A DNA stretch of 64,000 bases from the human T2T-CHM13v2.0 reference genome, Homo sapiens. The DNA is taken from assembly GCF_009914755.1 (NCBI RefSeq), contig NC_060931.1. One strand, 5' to 3'. Below, one piece after another: positions 12,777 through 27,869 of this stretch. The notes under the pieces are model-generated. The model was given only the letters and a program-made list of their open reading frames with translations, was not told the origin of the DNA and made no database searches. The position numbers and the translations under genes are program-made. The stretch's first letter is position 1. Each line of letters begins with the position of its first letter.

Positions 12777-12868
12777 GTCACTCGTGTGATGTGGACACCA
12801 CCTCTCCGTGAAAGTTTTTCCTATCCATTTCTTGTACTTCAGATGTATATTTTAACTTTGATTCTCAG
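12777..12868 (+). pseudogene. DPY19L2-like exon 8 (92 nt)
   Basis: tttcag|GTCACT...CTCAG|gtaact; VTRVMWTPPLRESFSYPFLVLQMYILTLIL(R), containing the conserved DPY19-family WTPPLRESF motif. Confidence 0.96.
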
Positions 12869-12912
12869 GTAACTTCGATTTATAAAACAAAGGCAAATAA
12901 ATTATAATTTTA

Positions 12913-13208
<296 letters not shown>

Positions 13209-13965
13209 TTATATATATATACTTCAACCTATGAAGTTGTAATTACCAAATTGACCATTTTTTAGTTATTTTAAAAGTAAATTGAGTATAGAGTTAAGAA
13301 AATAATTCAAAATTGCTACGTAAAAATTGCTCTCCATTTCAGAGTGTAGGCTACAGGTTTTAGATAACTACATTATATTTTAATAAACCAAAAGTTATGT
13401 GTTTGTATATAGTTTGCCAAGATTCAGAAGTTTTTGAGAAACAATTACATTTTCTCTTCAAAGTTTAGGTACCCTGACGTTGTTTTCTAACCTGTGGTTT
13501 TGATGAATGTGCCATGAAAAAAGTGTTCTGTGTGCAAACGAATTTGGGAAATGCGGAGTTAGATGGATAAAGAGTACATATATTCACATATTTATGAAGC
13601 ATTTCTGAACAACCAATGTTTCTAACAGGACAACCAGTTTCATTTCAAACTTTTTTTTTGGATACACTTTTTTTGTAGGGATTACATTTATAAGCATTTT
13701 AGATATATAAGAGGTCTGAGAAATGAACAAAAAAAACTATATGTGGTAGAATAGTATAAATAGCCTTATCAGAGAAATAGATTTGATAGAATACTAATGA
13801 GAACTCTCACTGAATGAAATAATGATCACTATCTCCTCCAAACTCCCAGAGGACCCCATTCTTCACCTACTAGTCCCTGGCAGATTCTGCCTTATATAAA
13901 AATCATTTGTTTTTCTTCCTTGTTTTTTAAAACCGTAAATTTATGAATCATCCACACATACACAA

Positions 13966-14281
<316 letters not shown>

Positions 14282-15371
14282 TAAAAATACCACTGGAAAC
14301 AGGGACCATGCCATATTTATCTCTTTAACCACAGAATACTGCACACGTCCATGCAAATATTTGTGGCACTCAGATAAAGCTAATTGAAGAGTGGTAAATA
14401 GTAGTGTACTGGAGTGGCACAAACCTTGAGGATGGAGCAGGCTAACTTCTGATTTCTTACCAACCTGACAAGTATATTCTGGGGTTGAATTTGGATTTAG
14501 GAACCTCCTCCTCATTCAGATTTCTATATCTTTGCTCTACACTTTGCCTTCTCTCAAAGATTAGGTGATGGAAGCTGACCATTCTTCATCACCCCTTGCT
14601 ATTCATTCCCAGTTTAATTCCTAGGAAGGTGGGTTATTTTTATTTTTTTGAGGTGGTATCAGTCTGGTCAGTCAGGGCTTTCATGGAATAAAATGTCTTA
14701 ATGAGAACATTTAGGGTTGTATCATTGAGTGCATGTGCTATACTCTGTATCTTAGTCAGAACTAATTTTTGTTTGAAAAATATAAGATTACAAAGTACAT
14801 AATGAGTATTTTATGATAACATTAATAAACAATATGAACATTTAGAATTTTGTTTTTGAAAATTTATATACGATTGTACAAAGATTCATCAAAATCCAAT
14901 ACAGCATTTATAAAAGGAGCAGTTACAGTTTTATTATTTAGGTAATATGTTTGTGTTTCTTCTTTCTTATCTAAAAGTTACTATAATTCTCTGTGGTAAA
15001 AGGTATTCGTTCCCAATACATCTCAGTAATGCAGAATGGACAATTTAAACTTCCACATGCTTCAGCTGAATTCTAGAATGATTTTTTAATTTTTTAAGAT
15101 TCTTTTTCCTTAAATTTTTCCCATAGTTGTTAACTTATTACTTTGTCAGCACTTACATTTCTCTTCAATGTTTTTTGAAACAGAAAAGTGGTGGTATATA
15201 AAAGTTGTTGCTACACATACACGAGAAGCATGTTGAGGTGTGCAGGGGCAGCGCCGTGTCCTATTTTCTGACCTCCTTGCTGGAGTATTAAATTTCTAAT
15301 GTCATGCAGATGTAGAGGAAAACGAGCTTTTGTATTTAGAATATTTAATGGTAAATTACAATGTTATTTTT

Positions 15372-16952
<1,581 letters not shown>

Positions 16953-17103
16953 TTAGTATACTTTAAAAAGTTAACTATATTTTGTTGTATTATAGTAAAG
17001 GTAATGGAATAATTTAGATTTTATCATTTTGCAAGTAGTCTTTCTTTTCAGTGACAGACTACTTTTAGGGTGAAACTTATTGGTATCACTTCTCTCTATT
17101 AAG

Positions 17104-17203
17104 GACCTCGAGCAATGATAGAAGGCCCTTCATTGCACTCTGTCTTTCCAATGTTGCTTTTATGCTTCCCTGGCAATTTGCTCAGTTTATACTTTTTACA
17201 CAG
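17104..17203 (+). pseudogene. DPY19L2-like exon 9 (100 nt)
   Basis: ctattaag|GACCTC...CAG|gtaaga; TSSNDRRPFIALCLSNVAFMLPWQFAQFILFTQ. Confidence 0.96.
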
Positions 17204-17221
17204 GTAAGATGATTTTTTAAA

Positions 17222-17725
17222 TTAATTTTTATTTTTATTTTAAGTTATGGGGTACATGTGCAGGATGTACAGCTTTGTTATGTAGGTAAATGTATGCCAT
17301 GGTGGTTTTTGCATCTATCAACCCATCACTTAGGTATTAAGCCCAGCATGCATTAGCTATTTTTCCTAATGTTCTCCCCACCCCATCCCCCGACAGGCCC
17401 CAGTGTGTGTTGTTCCCCTCCCTGTGTCCATGTATTCTCATTGTTCAGCAACCACTTATAAGTGAGAACATGTGGTGTTTGGTTTTCTGTTCCTGTTGCT
17501 GAGGATAATGGCCTCCAGCTCCATCCATGTCCCTGCAAAGGACCTGATCTCATTCCTTTTTATGGCTGTGTAATATTCCATGGTGTATATGTACCACATT
17601 TTCTTTATCCAGTCTATCACTGATAGGCATTTGGGTTAATTCCATGTCTTTGCTATTATGAATAGTGCTGCAGTGAACACATGGGTGCATGTATCTTTGT
17701 AATAGAATGATTTATATTCCTTTGC
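17222..17725 (-). mobile_element. Older L1PA 3' end
   Basis: Antisense L1 3'UTR (ggtacatgtgcaggatg...taggtattaagcccagcatgcattagct) starting ~20 bp after exon 9. Confidence 0.9.
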
Positions 17726-18635
17726 ATGTATTAATTAAATTGAATGCAAGATGTACTTGGTTGTTTCCATAGAAATTTTTAAATATGGTTACATTTATGC
17801 CCTAAAAGATTTTCAAAATAGGGAATAAAGTTTACTTAAAGGTATGATTTTTATGAAATAATGTAATTCCACATTCTTTTACTGTATTGATTAGTTGACA
17901 GATTTTAAGGCTCAACATGTGAAAGAGTTTTTCTATTATTTTTATTCACAAATGTTATTTTTGGTGTTTGAGATAATATCTGTATATATCTACCTATAGA
18001 TTTTCCTTTTGTCCTGGGAATCATTCTGGGTGCCAAGCTACACAGCATGCTAAGGGCCAATCCTACTCTTCACAGCAGGAAGTTCTGCTGCTAATCCAGC
18101 TAAATGTTGGCTGTTTTGTCTGTGGAGCAGAATTTTTCCTGGCACCATTTCTGTGAGCTTTAATCATAAAGCTCATCATTCCTTAAGTGAGCTGAGCCTA
18201 CATCCTGTTTCCAAAGCAACTATGTAACTAGTACCAAGAAACTGAATTGGGGAAGCAGAGAGTAAATGGAGAATTTTGATGAAATTTCATGATACTAAGA
18301 TTTTTCCATCAGAGCTCCTGCCTGCATAACAAATACTGATGATAATAACAATATTCTATATTGGAAGTGAGAAATTCTGCCAAGAAGTCTCATGCTGCCA
18401 GTAGCCTACAAAGAACGAAATTATAACCCCAGCTCAATTGGTGCTGCATGTTTAAAGTATTCCCTCTGTTTTACTTCATGATAGTTGGCCCCTTTCAGGT
18501 TATAACACGGACATTTTTCTATGGTTTTCATTATTTGCACATGCCAACAGAGTAGAATAGATTTTTAACGAGCATCACTTCATTGCAAGCAAATTTATTA
18601 ATCCAGTGGTACTGATGAAACTAAGGAGCTCTTTG

Positions 18636-18945
18636 GGGTCAGGCTCGATGGCTCACGCCTGTAATTCTTGCACTTTGGGAGGCTGAGGCGGGTGGATCAC
18701 AAGGTCAGGAGTTCAAGACCAGCCTGGCCAAGATGGTGAAACCCTGTCTTTACTAAAAATACAAAAAAATTAGCCGGGCATGGTGGCGGGTGCCTGTAAT
18801 CTCAGCTACTCGGGAGGCTGAGGCAGAGAATTGCTTGAACCGAGGGGGAGGCGGAGGTTGCAGTAAACCAAGATCGCACCACTGCACTCCAGCCTAGGTG
18901 ATAGAGCGAGACTCAGTTAAAAAAAAAAAAAAGAAGAAGAAGAAG
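18636..18945 (+). mobile_element. Alu (AluS)
   Basis: Dimeric Alu with an A/(GAA) tail and a degenerate TSD aag.agct.ttgg. Confidence 0.95.
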
Positions 18946-19167
18946 CAGCTATTGGGTAAGTTTGATATTGCTGTGATGATTTTCTAGCCATTCTCTGCAT
19001 ATATACTAGGCTTTTATTTTTCTTTACTAATGTATATAGTTTTGTTTGTATGTGTGCATTTCATGCTTACAGAGGAATAATTCAATGTTATTTGTTATTT
19101 TCTGGGAGTACTTTAAGATTTTATTCTTAATTGTGTTTTTCATAGATTAAGGTTAAAATTAGTTCAT

Positions 19168-19334
<167 letters not shown>

Positions 19335-20251
19335 TGACTTCTGTGCTCTCCTGGAATTTTCAATCCTATCAGTTACTTCCTTGAACATTGGAAGCAAAAC
19401 TAAAGACATATCTGATTATGCCAGACAAGTGTTTGAGTGATCTCCAAGCTAAGAATAGTTTTTATATATTTAAAGGGTTATAGAACAAAAATAGAAAAAG
19501 AATATACAAGAGACTGTGTGTGACCAACAAAGCATAACATATTTATTATCTGGCCTTTTATATAACAAATGTGCTAATCACTGATCTAAATCTTTTGTGG
19601 ATCTATTTCTATTGTGTTAGTGATAGTGTCTTATCTCCATCTATGCTGGGTTATTTTTGATTTGGTGCTGGACATTATACATGAAAAATTGGAGAGGCGA
19701 GTAAAAAGCACTAATAAATCTTGAACCACCTTCATGCAATCAGATTGAGATGATCCGCAGATGGGTTTCAGTCTTTCTCAGGGCTGCTTGATTTCTGGTT
19801 CACTATTATAGTATGGCCTTTCGAAACTCCAAACTAAAGCACCCTTCTTGGTGCACTCTGACTGCTGAATCTGCTGAAATGCCTGCTCAGCTTGTTGGTC
19901 TCCCAACTGCCTCTCAGCTGGCAGGTATCTGCCTCTGTTGAAATTGGCAGATACCTCTGGGAGAAAAGTGGCCCAAAATGTCATGCTCATCGGTATAGAT
20001 TGCCATCTATCTTTTAAATTCCTCATTTGTTTTGTTAATAATCTGTGGCTTTTATACATATTTTTAAAATATTTTTATTTATATATTTATATTTTTCCTA
20101 GCCATTCTAGTTCTTAGTGGGAAGGTTGGTTCAAATTCCTTTGCTTACCATTATTAGAACTGTAGCCCTCCTCTTATATTTATTTTGCCTGTGAATAGTA
20201 AAGTGTTAGTTTTCTATATTTTTTTACTTTTGCTTTTTTATATTATTTCAG

Positions 20252-20329
20252 ATAGCATCATTATTTCCCATGTATGTTGTGGGATACATTAAACCAAGCA
20301 AATTTCAGAAGATCAGTTATCTGAACATG
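20252..20329 (+). pseudogene. DPY19L2-like exon 10 (78 nt)
   Basis: atttcag|ATAGCA...ATG|gtaaca; IASLFPMYVVGYIKPSKFQKISYLNM. Confidence 0.95.
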
Positions 20330-20739
20330 GTAACATTTTTAATTTATGTAAGTCAAATATTAAGATAGGTTCTCAGAGTTTATAAAATCGAAGCGATTCT
20401 GTTTTATAGGGTACCTCCTCTTTGGTAATATTTAATACATATGGTATTGGTGATATATAGAAGGAAAACTGGAAATGTATATTATACATGTCATATTATA
20501 ACAGATTATACTTTCAACTAGACTGTATATGTGTTTTACTGTCTAAAACTTTTGTTTTTATGTTTTACTTATTACTACTTTTAAAACTGCCTTTTCTTTC
20601 TCAGACATGAGATTTTTAGCATTTTGCCTGAATATGACACTCTAACTGAAATTTTATATTCTTGCAATTTTGTTTTTGGCTTAGGTCCCAAACATAGCTT
20701 CCTTAAAAACATAAAAAGTTAGTAAAGCTTCGTTCTATT

Positions 20740-23700
20740 TCATTAATAAGATATAAGGCTATTTGTGTTATCCATTTCCTCTTGAGTGAACTTTGGTTGT
20801 ATCTTTCAAGGAATTTTTAAATTTTATTTATGATGTCAAAGGCATAATATTTTCTTTCTTTATGTATCTATAGTATCTGTAGTGATAGTTCCTCTTCCAT
20901 TCCTGGTATTAGATGTTTGTGTTCTATTTTTTTTTTCTGATCAGTCTGGTTAGAGGTATATCAATTTTATTAATTTTCTCAAGGAACCAACTTTTGGTTT
21001 CATTGATTTGCTCTATTGTTTTTGTTTTCTGTTTCATTGAGTTCTACTCGATCTTTATTACCTCATTTCTTCTGCTTACTTTGGGTTTTGATCTTTTTTT
21101 CTAGGTTTTTTTTAAAAAAGGTATAAAGCAAAGTCATTGACTTGAGACCTTTCTTGTTTCTTTTTTTTTTTTTTAAACACAGGTGTTTAGTGCTATAAAC
21201 TTTTCTCAAAGTACTGCTTTATCAGCATCCCACATATTTTGATAAAGTGCATTTTTAAATTTATTTCATGTTATTGTCATACATTTTACTTAAACATATG
21301 AAATAGAAATCTCAATAAATTTGTTTTTATTTAAACAGTAAATTACCTTTTAAAAATAATTAAAACTTTTAAAATGTTGTATATTTACCCCATAGTTACA
21401 ATTCTCAGTGCCCTTTACTTGTGTACAGCCAGATTGACCTACTGTATTCCTGCTGTCTGAAAGACCTCCTTTAACATTTCTTTTAGTGCAAATCACCTGG
21501 TCATGAAGTCTTTATTTTGCCTTCATTTTTGAAAGGTATGTTTCCTGGGTGTAGAATTGCAGGTTAACAGCAATTTTCTTTATGAGATACCATCTCACAC
21601 CAGTTAGAATGGCAATCATTAAAAAGTCAGGAAACAACAGGTGCTGGAGAGGATGTGGAGAAATAGGAACACTTTTACACTGTTGGTGGGACTGTAAACT
21701 AGTTCAACCATTGTAGAAGTCAGTGTGACGATTCCTCAGGGATCTAGAACTAGAAATACCATTTGACCCAGCCATCCCATTACTGGGTATATACCCAAAG
21801 GACTATAAATCATGCTGCTATAAAGACACATGCACACGTATGTTTATTGTGGCACTATTCACAATAGCAAAGACTTGGAACCAACCCAAATGTCCAACAA
21901 TGATAGACTGGATTAAGAAAATGTGGCACATATACACCATGAAATACTATGCAGCCATAAAAAATGATGAGTTCATATCCTTTGTAGGGACATGGATGAA
22001 ATTGGAAATCATCATTCTCAGTAAACTATTGCAAGGACAAAAAACCAAACACCACATGTTCTCACTCATAGGTGGGAATTGAACAATGAGAACACATGGA
22101 CACAGGAAGGGGAACATCACACTCTGGGGACTGTTGTGGGGTGGGGGGAGTGGGGAGGGATAGCATTAGGAGATATACCTAATGCTACATGACGAGTTAA
22201 TGGGTGCAGCACACCAGCATGGCACATGTATACATATGTAACTAACCTGCACATTGTGCACATTTACCCTAAAACTTGAAGTATAATAATAATAAAATAA
22301 AATAAAATAAAAAGAATTTAAAAGATGCTGCTTGACTTGTCTTGTTTGCATTTTTTTCTTATGAAATCTGTTGACATCCCTATGCTTTTGTCTGTAAATA
22401 ATATGTTACTTCTCTAGCTGTTCCCAGCTAGAGATAAGATTTTCTGTTTACCACTGATTTTGAGCAGTTTGTTTATATAATGTGCCTTACTATAGCTTTC
22501 TTCATGTTTCTTGTATTTAGGATTCATTGAAATGAATCCTAGATCATTAGATCTTTAGGTTTACAATTTTTATCAAATTTGGAAAAATTTTGGCTATTAT
22601 TTCTTCAAATTTTTTCTGCCTCCCCCCTCACTTTCATTTAGGGACTCTCATTAAATGCATATTGGGCTGTTTGAAAATGTTCAGTGGTTCATGGAGCCTA
22701 TGTTTATTTTTGTTCTTTATTTAATTTTGGATAGTTACTATTGCTGTGTCTTCAGGAGTTCACTGGTTGTTTTTCTGCAGTATCTAACCTGTTGTTAATC
22801 ACATCCAGTGTATTTCTCATTTAAGTCATTGTAGTTTTCATATCTAAAAGTTCATTTTGTATCTTTGAAGTATTTTTTGTCTCTAGTTAACTTGTTCTCT
22901 CTCTGTTACCACTTCTTCACCATGTGTAATACAGTTACAGTAACTGCCCCAGTGCCTCCCCCTGCTAATTCTGTCATCTGTGTCAGTTTCAATTAATTGT
23001 TTCTTCTCCTCATATAGAGGTTGTGTTTTCTTGAGTGTTTGCACGCTTGGCAATGTTTACTTGGATGCCAGGCTTTGTGAATTTTACCTTCTTAGCTGCT
23101 GGATATTTTCTTATTCCTATAGATACTCTTGAGCTTTTTTCTGTGATGCAGTTAAGTTGCTTGAACATAGGCTGATCTTTTCGGGTCTTGCTTTTAAGAT
23201 CTGTTAGCTGGAATTAAAGTAGTGGTTAGTTTGTGGCTAATATTGCTGCACTCTGAAACAAACTCTTCTGTGTAGACTACCTGGTGTGCCCTTTGGCTGC
23301 ACTATTTTATATTCCCACCAACAGTACATAAGCATTCCAATTTTTCTACATTTTTGCCAAGACTTGTTACTTCTGGTTTAGTTTTGGTTTGGTTTGTTTT
23401 ATAATGGCCATCCTAACAGGTTTGAGGTGGTATCTCATTGTGGTTTTGATTTACATTTCCCTGATGATAAGTGATGTTGAACATCATTTTAAATACCTGT
23501 TGGACATTTGTATTTATTCTTTGGGGAAATGTTTATTCAAGTCCTTTGCTCATTTTTAATAGAAATATTTGTTTTGTTTTGCTATATTCATCAGAGATAC
23601 TGGCCTGTAGTTTTCTTGTAGTATCTTTTTCTGGATTTGGTATCAGAGTAATGCTGGCCTCATAAAATGTGTATAGAAGTGTTCTCTTCAGTTTTTTGGA

Positions 23701-23990
23701 AGAGCTTGAGAAGGATTGGTGTGAATTCTTATTTAAATGTTTCATAGAATTCTCCAGTGAAGCCATCTGGTTTGAGGTTTTCTTTTGTTGAGAAAATTTT
23801 TATTACTGATTTATTAGTTATAGGTCTGTTGAGTTTTTTTGTGTTTTCATAATTTACTCTTGGTTGGTTGTACGTTTCTAGAAATTTATTTCTTATAAAT
23901 TATCTAATTTGTTGGCATATAATTCTTCATAGCTGTCTCTATAATCTATTTGGCTTGGTATTTTAGGTTTTTAGGGTGAGAAAGTAAATG
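20740..23990 (-). mobile_element. Ancient L1M fragments, interrupted by a young L1PA
   Basis: Antisense ORF1/ORF2-like motifs (aaggaaccaacttttggtttcattgattt; ORF 23533-23766 FYEASITLIPNPEKD). Confidence 0.75.
21582..22313 (+). mobile_element. Young 5'-truncated L1PA (about L1PA3), 3' ~730 bp
   Basis: ORF 21840-22082 is the L1 ORF2 C-terminus (…MFSLIGGN), followed by a 3'UTR and A-rich tail. Confidence 0.96.
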
Positions 23991-24083
23991 TGGTTTCTGT
24001 TATACAAACTTGGACAGAAGCTGAAGTTTCATTCTGATTGATTTTAGTTACTTTGGGTGAAACATTACCATGTTTCAATGAGG

Positions 24084-24086
24084 AAG

Positions 24087-24150
<64 letters not shown>

Positions 24151-24214
24151 TATACTCAGAAAATATTCCCAAGAAATATATATATATATAAAATTATACT
24201 CAGAAAATATTCCC
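24084..24214. repeat. Tandemly duplicated unit containing (AT)29 and (AT)7
   Basis: aagaa(at)n-aaattatactcagaaaatattccc occurs twice (24084-24170, 24171-24214). Confidence 0.92.
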
Positions 24215-24800
24215 CACTATTCCTTCCAGCCCATTCTCTCCACCTTTCTTTTCACCCTGTTACTGCCTATTCCCTGTAGGTAAGAAATCTTACTAGTTTT
24301 CTGGTTGACCTCATTTAGTTGGGCTTTTTTGAGTACTAATAACTGTTACATGTATATTTTTTAAATCTCCTCTTCTTGTATTAAAGATAGTCTTTTGCAC
24401 TTTTTTTTTCATTTAACAACCTATTCTGGATATCAGTTCGTAGAGATTTTCCTCATTCTTTCTGGTAGTTTCCTAGTGTTCTGCTTTGGATTTACTGTAA
24501 TTTAGTCACTCTCCTATATCTGGGCATTTAGGTTGTTTCCTAAATTTTGCATTTACAAACAATGTTGCAATGAATAATCTGATACATTTATATTTTCCTA
24601 TTGGAAGTTTAGTAATCCTGGCTCACTTTGGGAATTTCTACACCAACTAAATGATACAAAATTCGAATCCAAGTCTAAATAATATACAAGTCCAAGAATT
24701 CAGTTTCTCATGTGAGCACTATTTTCACCCCAAACTTGGGAATAAAAAAATAACCTATCAACTTGTAGAGATGGTAGGTGAAGTATTCTTAGTCACTGTG

Positions 24801-25168
24801 TGTCTTAAGTCAGTTTGGGCTGTTATAACAAAAGTACCACAGACAGGATGGCTTAAACAACAGGAATTTATTTCTCACAGTTCTGGAGGCTGAGCTGTTC
24901 AAAATCAAGGTCCCAGCTGATTTGGTTCTTGGTGAAAGCCCTTTTTGTGGTTTGCAGACAGAAGCCTTTTTACTGTGTCCTCACATGGTAGAGAGAGACC
25001 TCAACTCTCTAGTCTCTTGTAATATGGACACACTAATCCCATTCATGAGGGTTTCACCCTCATGACTCAATTACTTCCCAGAGGCCCACCCTCCAAACAC
25101 CATCAGACTGGGGATTAAAGATTCAGTCTATGAATTTGAGGTGGACACAAATACTCAAGTCCATAGCA
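24801..25168 (-). mobile_element. MaLR solo LTR (MLT1A-like)
   Basis: The reverse complement begins tgctatggac..tttgtgtcc and ends with the ttatttctcacagttctggaggctg motif on the + strand. Confidence 0.85.
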
Positions 25169-25831
25169 CTGCAGGTATAGTTTTTGAGGACCCTAGCTTT
25201 ATGTATTAGTCTCAATTCCAACTTCTTACCTTGCATAGACCCAAGGCCTCTTCTGCTGCCCTCCCTTTACAATACAAGCCTATAGTTGTGACCTTATTCT
25301 ACAGGCACTTATAAAGACTGCCAGGGGTGGTGGCTCTCTGCTAATGAATATTGTATTTTTAAAAATTCATCTTTTTTCTAGCATCAGAAGTTCCTTCTCT
25401 TTCACATGAGTATACATTTTTTAAACATGTTTAAATATTTTATTTGGCAGTTTGGAGAGGAAGGATTTACATGTTAGTTTAGTTCACTAATGTTGCTGGA
25501 TAACTCACATACAGACTTGCATGGATGCTCTCATCTGCTCACATACCATTTACCTTTGTAGAGGAATTATCCTGCAGAAAATGGCCAGGTTGTCTAAGTG
25601 AGGAAATAACTTGATTCAAGAGGCAGCTTTTTGACACATAAACCATTTAACTCTTACCTCAAGGAAATTTGCCATGTCCAGAATTTGAAAAATAAACAGT
25701 TAAGGAGGAAAATGGCTGGTGATAGCTGAGATGGAACAGGGTGACTATGTAATTTTTGGAATGTACCATTTATATAAAATATAAATGTTAATTGAATTGA
25801 ATTGTTTCATTTTCCCTTATGTGCATTTTAG

Positions 25832-25890
25832 GCAATAATTCTAAAGGAAATAAAATTTAAAAACTGGGAGTATCTGAACTCAACTTTTGG
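25832..25890 (+). pseudogene. DPY19L2-like exon 12 (59 nt; 1-nt deletion)
   Basis: ttttag|GCAATAATTCTAAAG(-)GAAATAAAATTTAAAAACTGGGAGTATCTGAACTCAACTTTTGG|gtaaga. It aligns to AIILKRNEIQKLGVSKLNFW with a 1-nt loss after K and a TAA in the ancestral frame. Confidence 0.92.
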
Positions 25891-26572
25891 GTAAGATTCA
25901 GTGTTTTTAATGCAGTTTATTTAAATTCTACTTTTTATTTCTACAAACTAAACACAGTTAATATGCTTTAAAATGCTAATGACATATTTAATAAATAGCT
26001 ACTGTCTTAAAAATAGCTACTATCTAAGGTAGATAGATATGTAAGGAAATAGTCCTTAGCAAAGACTAGAAATCATTTTCAAGAAGTTAGCTCACGTATT
26101 TCACAACTAACTTTCAGACCACTTTTCCTCTATGTTTCATTCTGCTATATCCATACAGTCTTGCTTTTTAAAATTTGTATGTCTTGAGTTTCTCTCTTTA
26201 GCTTCAGTTAAACTTTCCTTCAACATAACTCAGGTTTGTAGTTTCTTTCCACTTTTCTCCTTTTCTTTCCTCTGCATCTATCCATCGTCTATCTCTCTTT
26301 CCTTCTGCTTCCAACTTTAGACTCTATTACTTTTGTCCTTTTAACATTTTCCTTGCAGTCTCCCAGCCCCTTCTAATTTGAACTCAGCCACTACCTAATC
26401 TTTGTTTGGCTTCTTCCCAAATATGCAGATGGATGGCCCGTATTACCTCCATGGTTTCCTAGTAATATAAGTTATTAGGCAGGTAGTGCAACTCTTAAAT
26501 TCTCTTAATATGAGACAGATGATATTCTTTTTCTCTGGTCTGTGATGTACTTCTATTAAAAAATAAACCCTG

Positions 26573-26838
26573 GGCCACACACAGTGGTTCACGCCTGTAA
26601 TCACAGCACTTTGGGAGGCCAACATGGACAGAGGGCTTCAGCCCAGGAGTTTGAGACCAGCCTGGGCAACATGGCAAAACCCTGTCTCTACAAAAAATAG
26701 AAAAACTAGTTGGGCATGGTGGCATGAGCCTGTGATCCCAACTACTCAGGAGGCTGAGGTGGGAGGATCGCTTGAGCCCAGGAAGGTTACAGTGAGCCAT
26801 GATCACCCCGCTGCACTCCACCCTAGGTGACAGAAGAA
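26573..26838 (+). mobile_element. AluJ
   Basis: gcccaggagtttgagaccagcctgggcaacatggc and gggaggatcgcttgagccc are AluJ diagnostics. Confidence 0.92.
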
Positions 26839-27869
26839 ATGAACTGTATGTTTTCATGTTATATATTGAGAGGATAAGTCTGGAAATGTTACAAGTTGAG
26901 GAGGTAGGTTCCTACCCACAATACAAGAGAACAAAATGGAAGGAGTTGCTATTTTCTCCTTGTTGGAGGCATTCTCCCATCCTTTAGGTGGTGAAAATAT
27001 AGAAAGATATGTCCACTAAGTTGTTGAATGAATGACATGATGCTTTTTTTGTCTTTTTGTTATTCTTTATTGGTTCTACCAATTTGACTCTTTACCCAGG
27101 CCACCTGTCCTTAGGCATGCAGACTTTGTAGAAATTCACATGTCGACATTACACTTGTAATATATAATTCTTTCACTTCAGAAAAATTGAGCAATTTAAT
27201 AATTCAACTCAAAAGAAGTTCAGAATTTCATTTGCAAACTATTGAAAAATGACAGTAAACAGAAGGTGTCCATAAACATCAAAAAAATTCTGCCAAGGCT
27301 GCACTCAAAGGAAAATTTACTGTCTTCATTTTCAACAATATTTTCAGTAGTAGACTGGAAAGAACATGAATTGAGTAAGTTTTAAATTCAAGAATATCAA
27401 AGAAACAAAAAATCTAAGGAGAGAAAAGTTGAGATTTAACCAAATGTTCAGCTTACATGTTTTTTAAGCCCCCTAGGTATTATTTTCTGTTTTTAGCTCT
27501 GTATATCTTTGGCAAAGGTAAGTATTTATTACACACAACCTGAACAAGGTATTTTTAGAGCTAAGTGATTCATTTTAGAGTTTAACATCAATAGAAGCAA
27601 ATTCACTGTTTAATGGGAGACTCCAGTTTTTGGTGGCAAGATAATTATCGAATTGAGCGCGTATGAAATTTACAAAGGGGAACTTTGTGTGTGCCATGAG
27701 GCATAAGAATCATTACAAGAAGGGAGATGGAACCTCCAAGATAATCTAAAGCTCAGTACTAAGGCCAGATAAGGATAGTTTGAGAAAGGATATTCTTACT
27801 TGTGAGCATAGATTCAAAATTTCACCTAGATTAAAAACATTCCTTACACACAAAATATAAAAGATTAGT

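Noticed and set aside
18420-18560. Possible intronic snoRNA or other ncRNA in unique-looking intron 9 sequence
   Set aside because: No convincing paired C/D or H/ACA boxes or terminal stem by eye; an Rfam/Infernal search would be needed.
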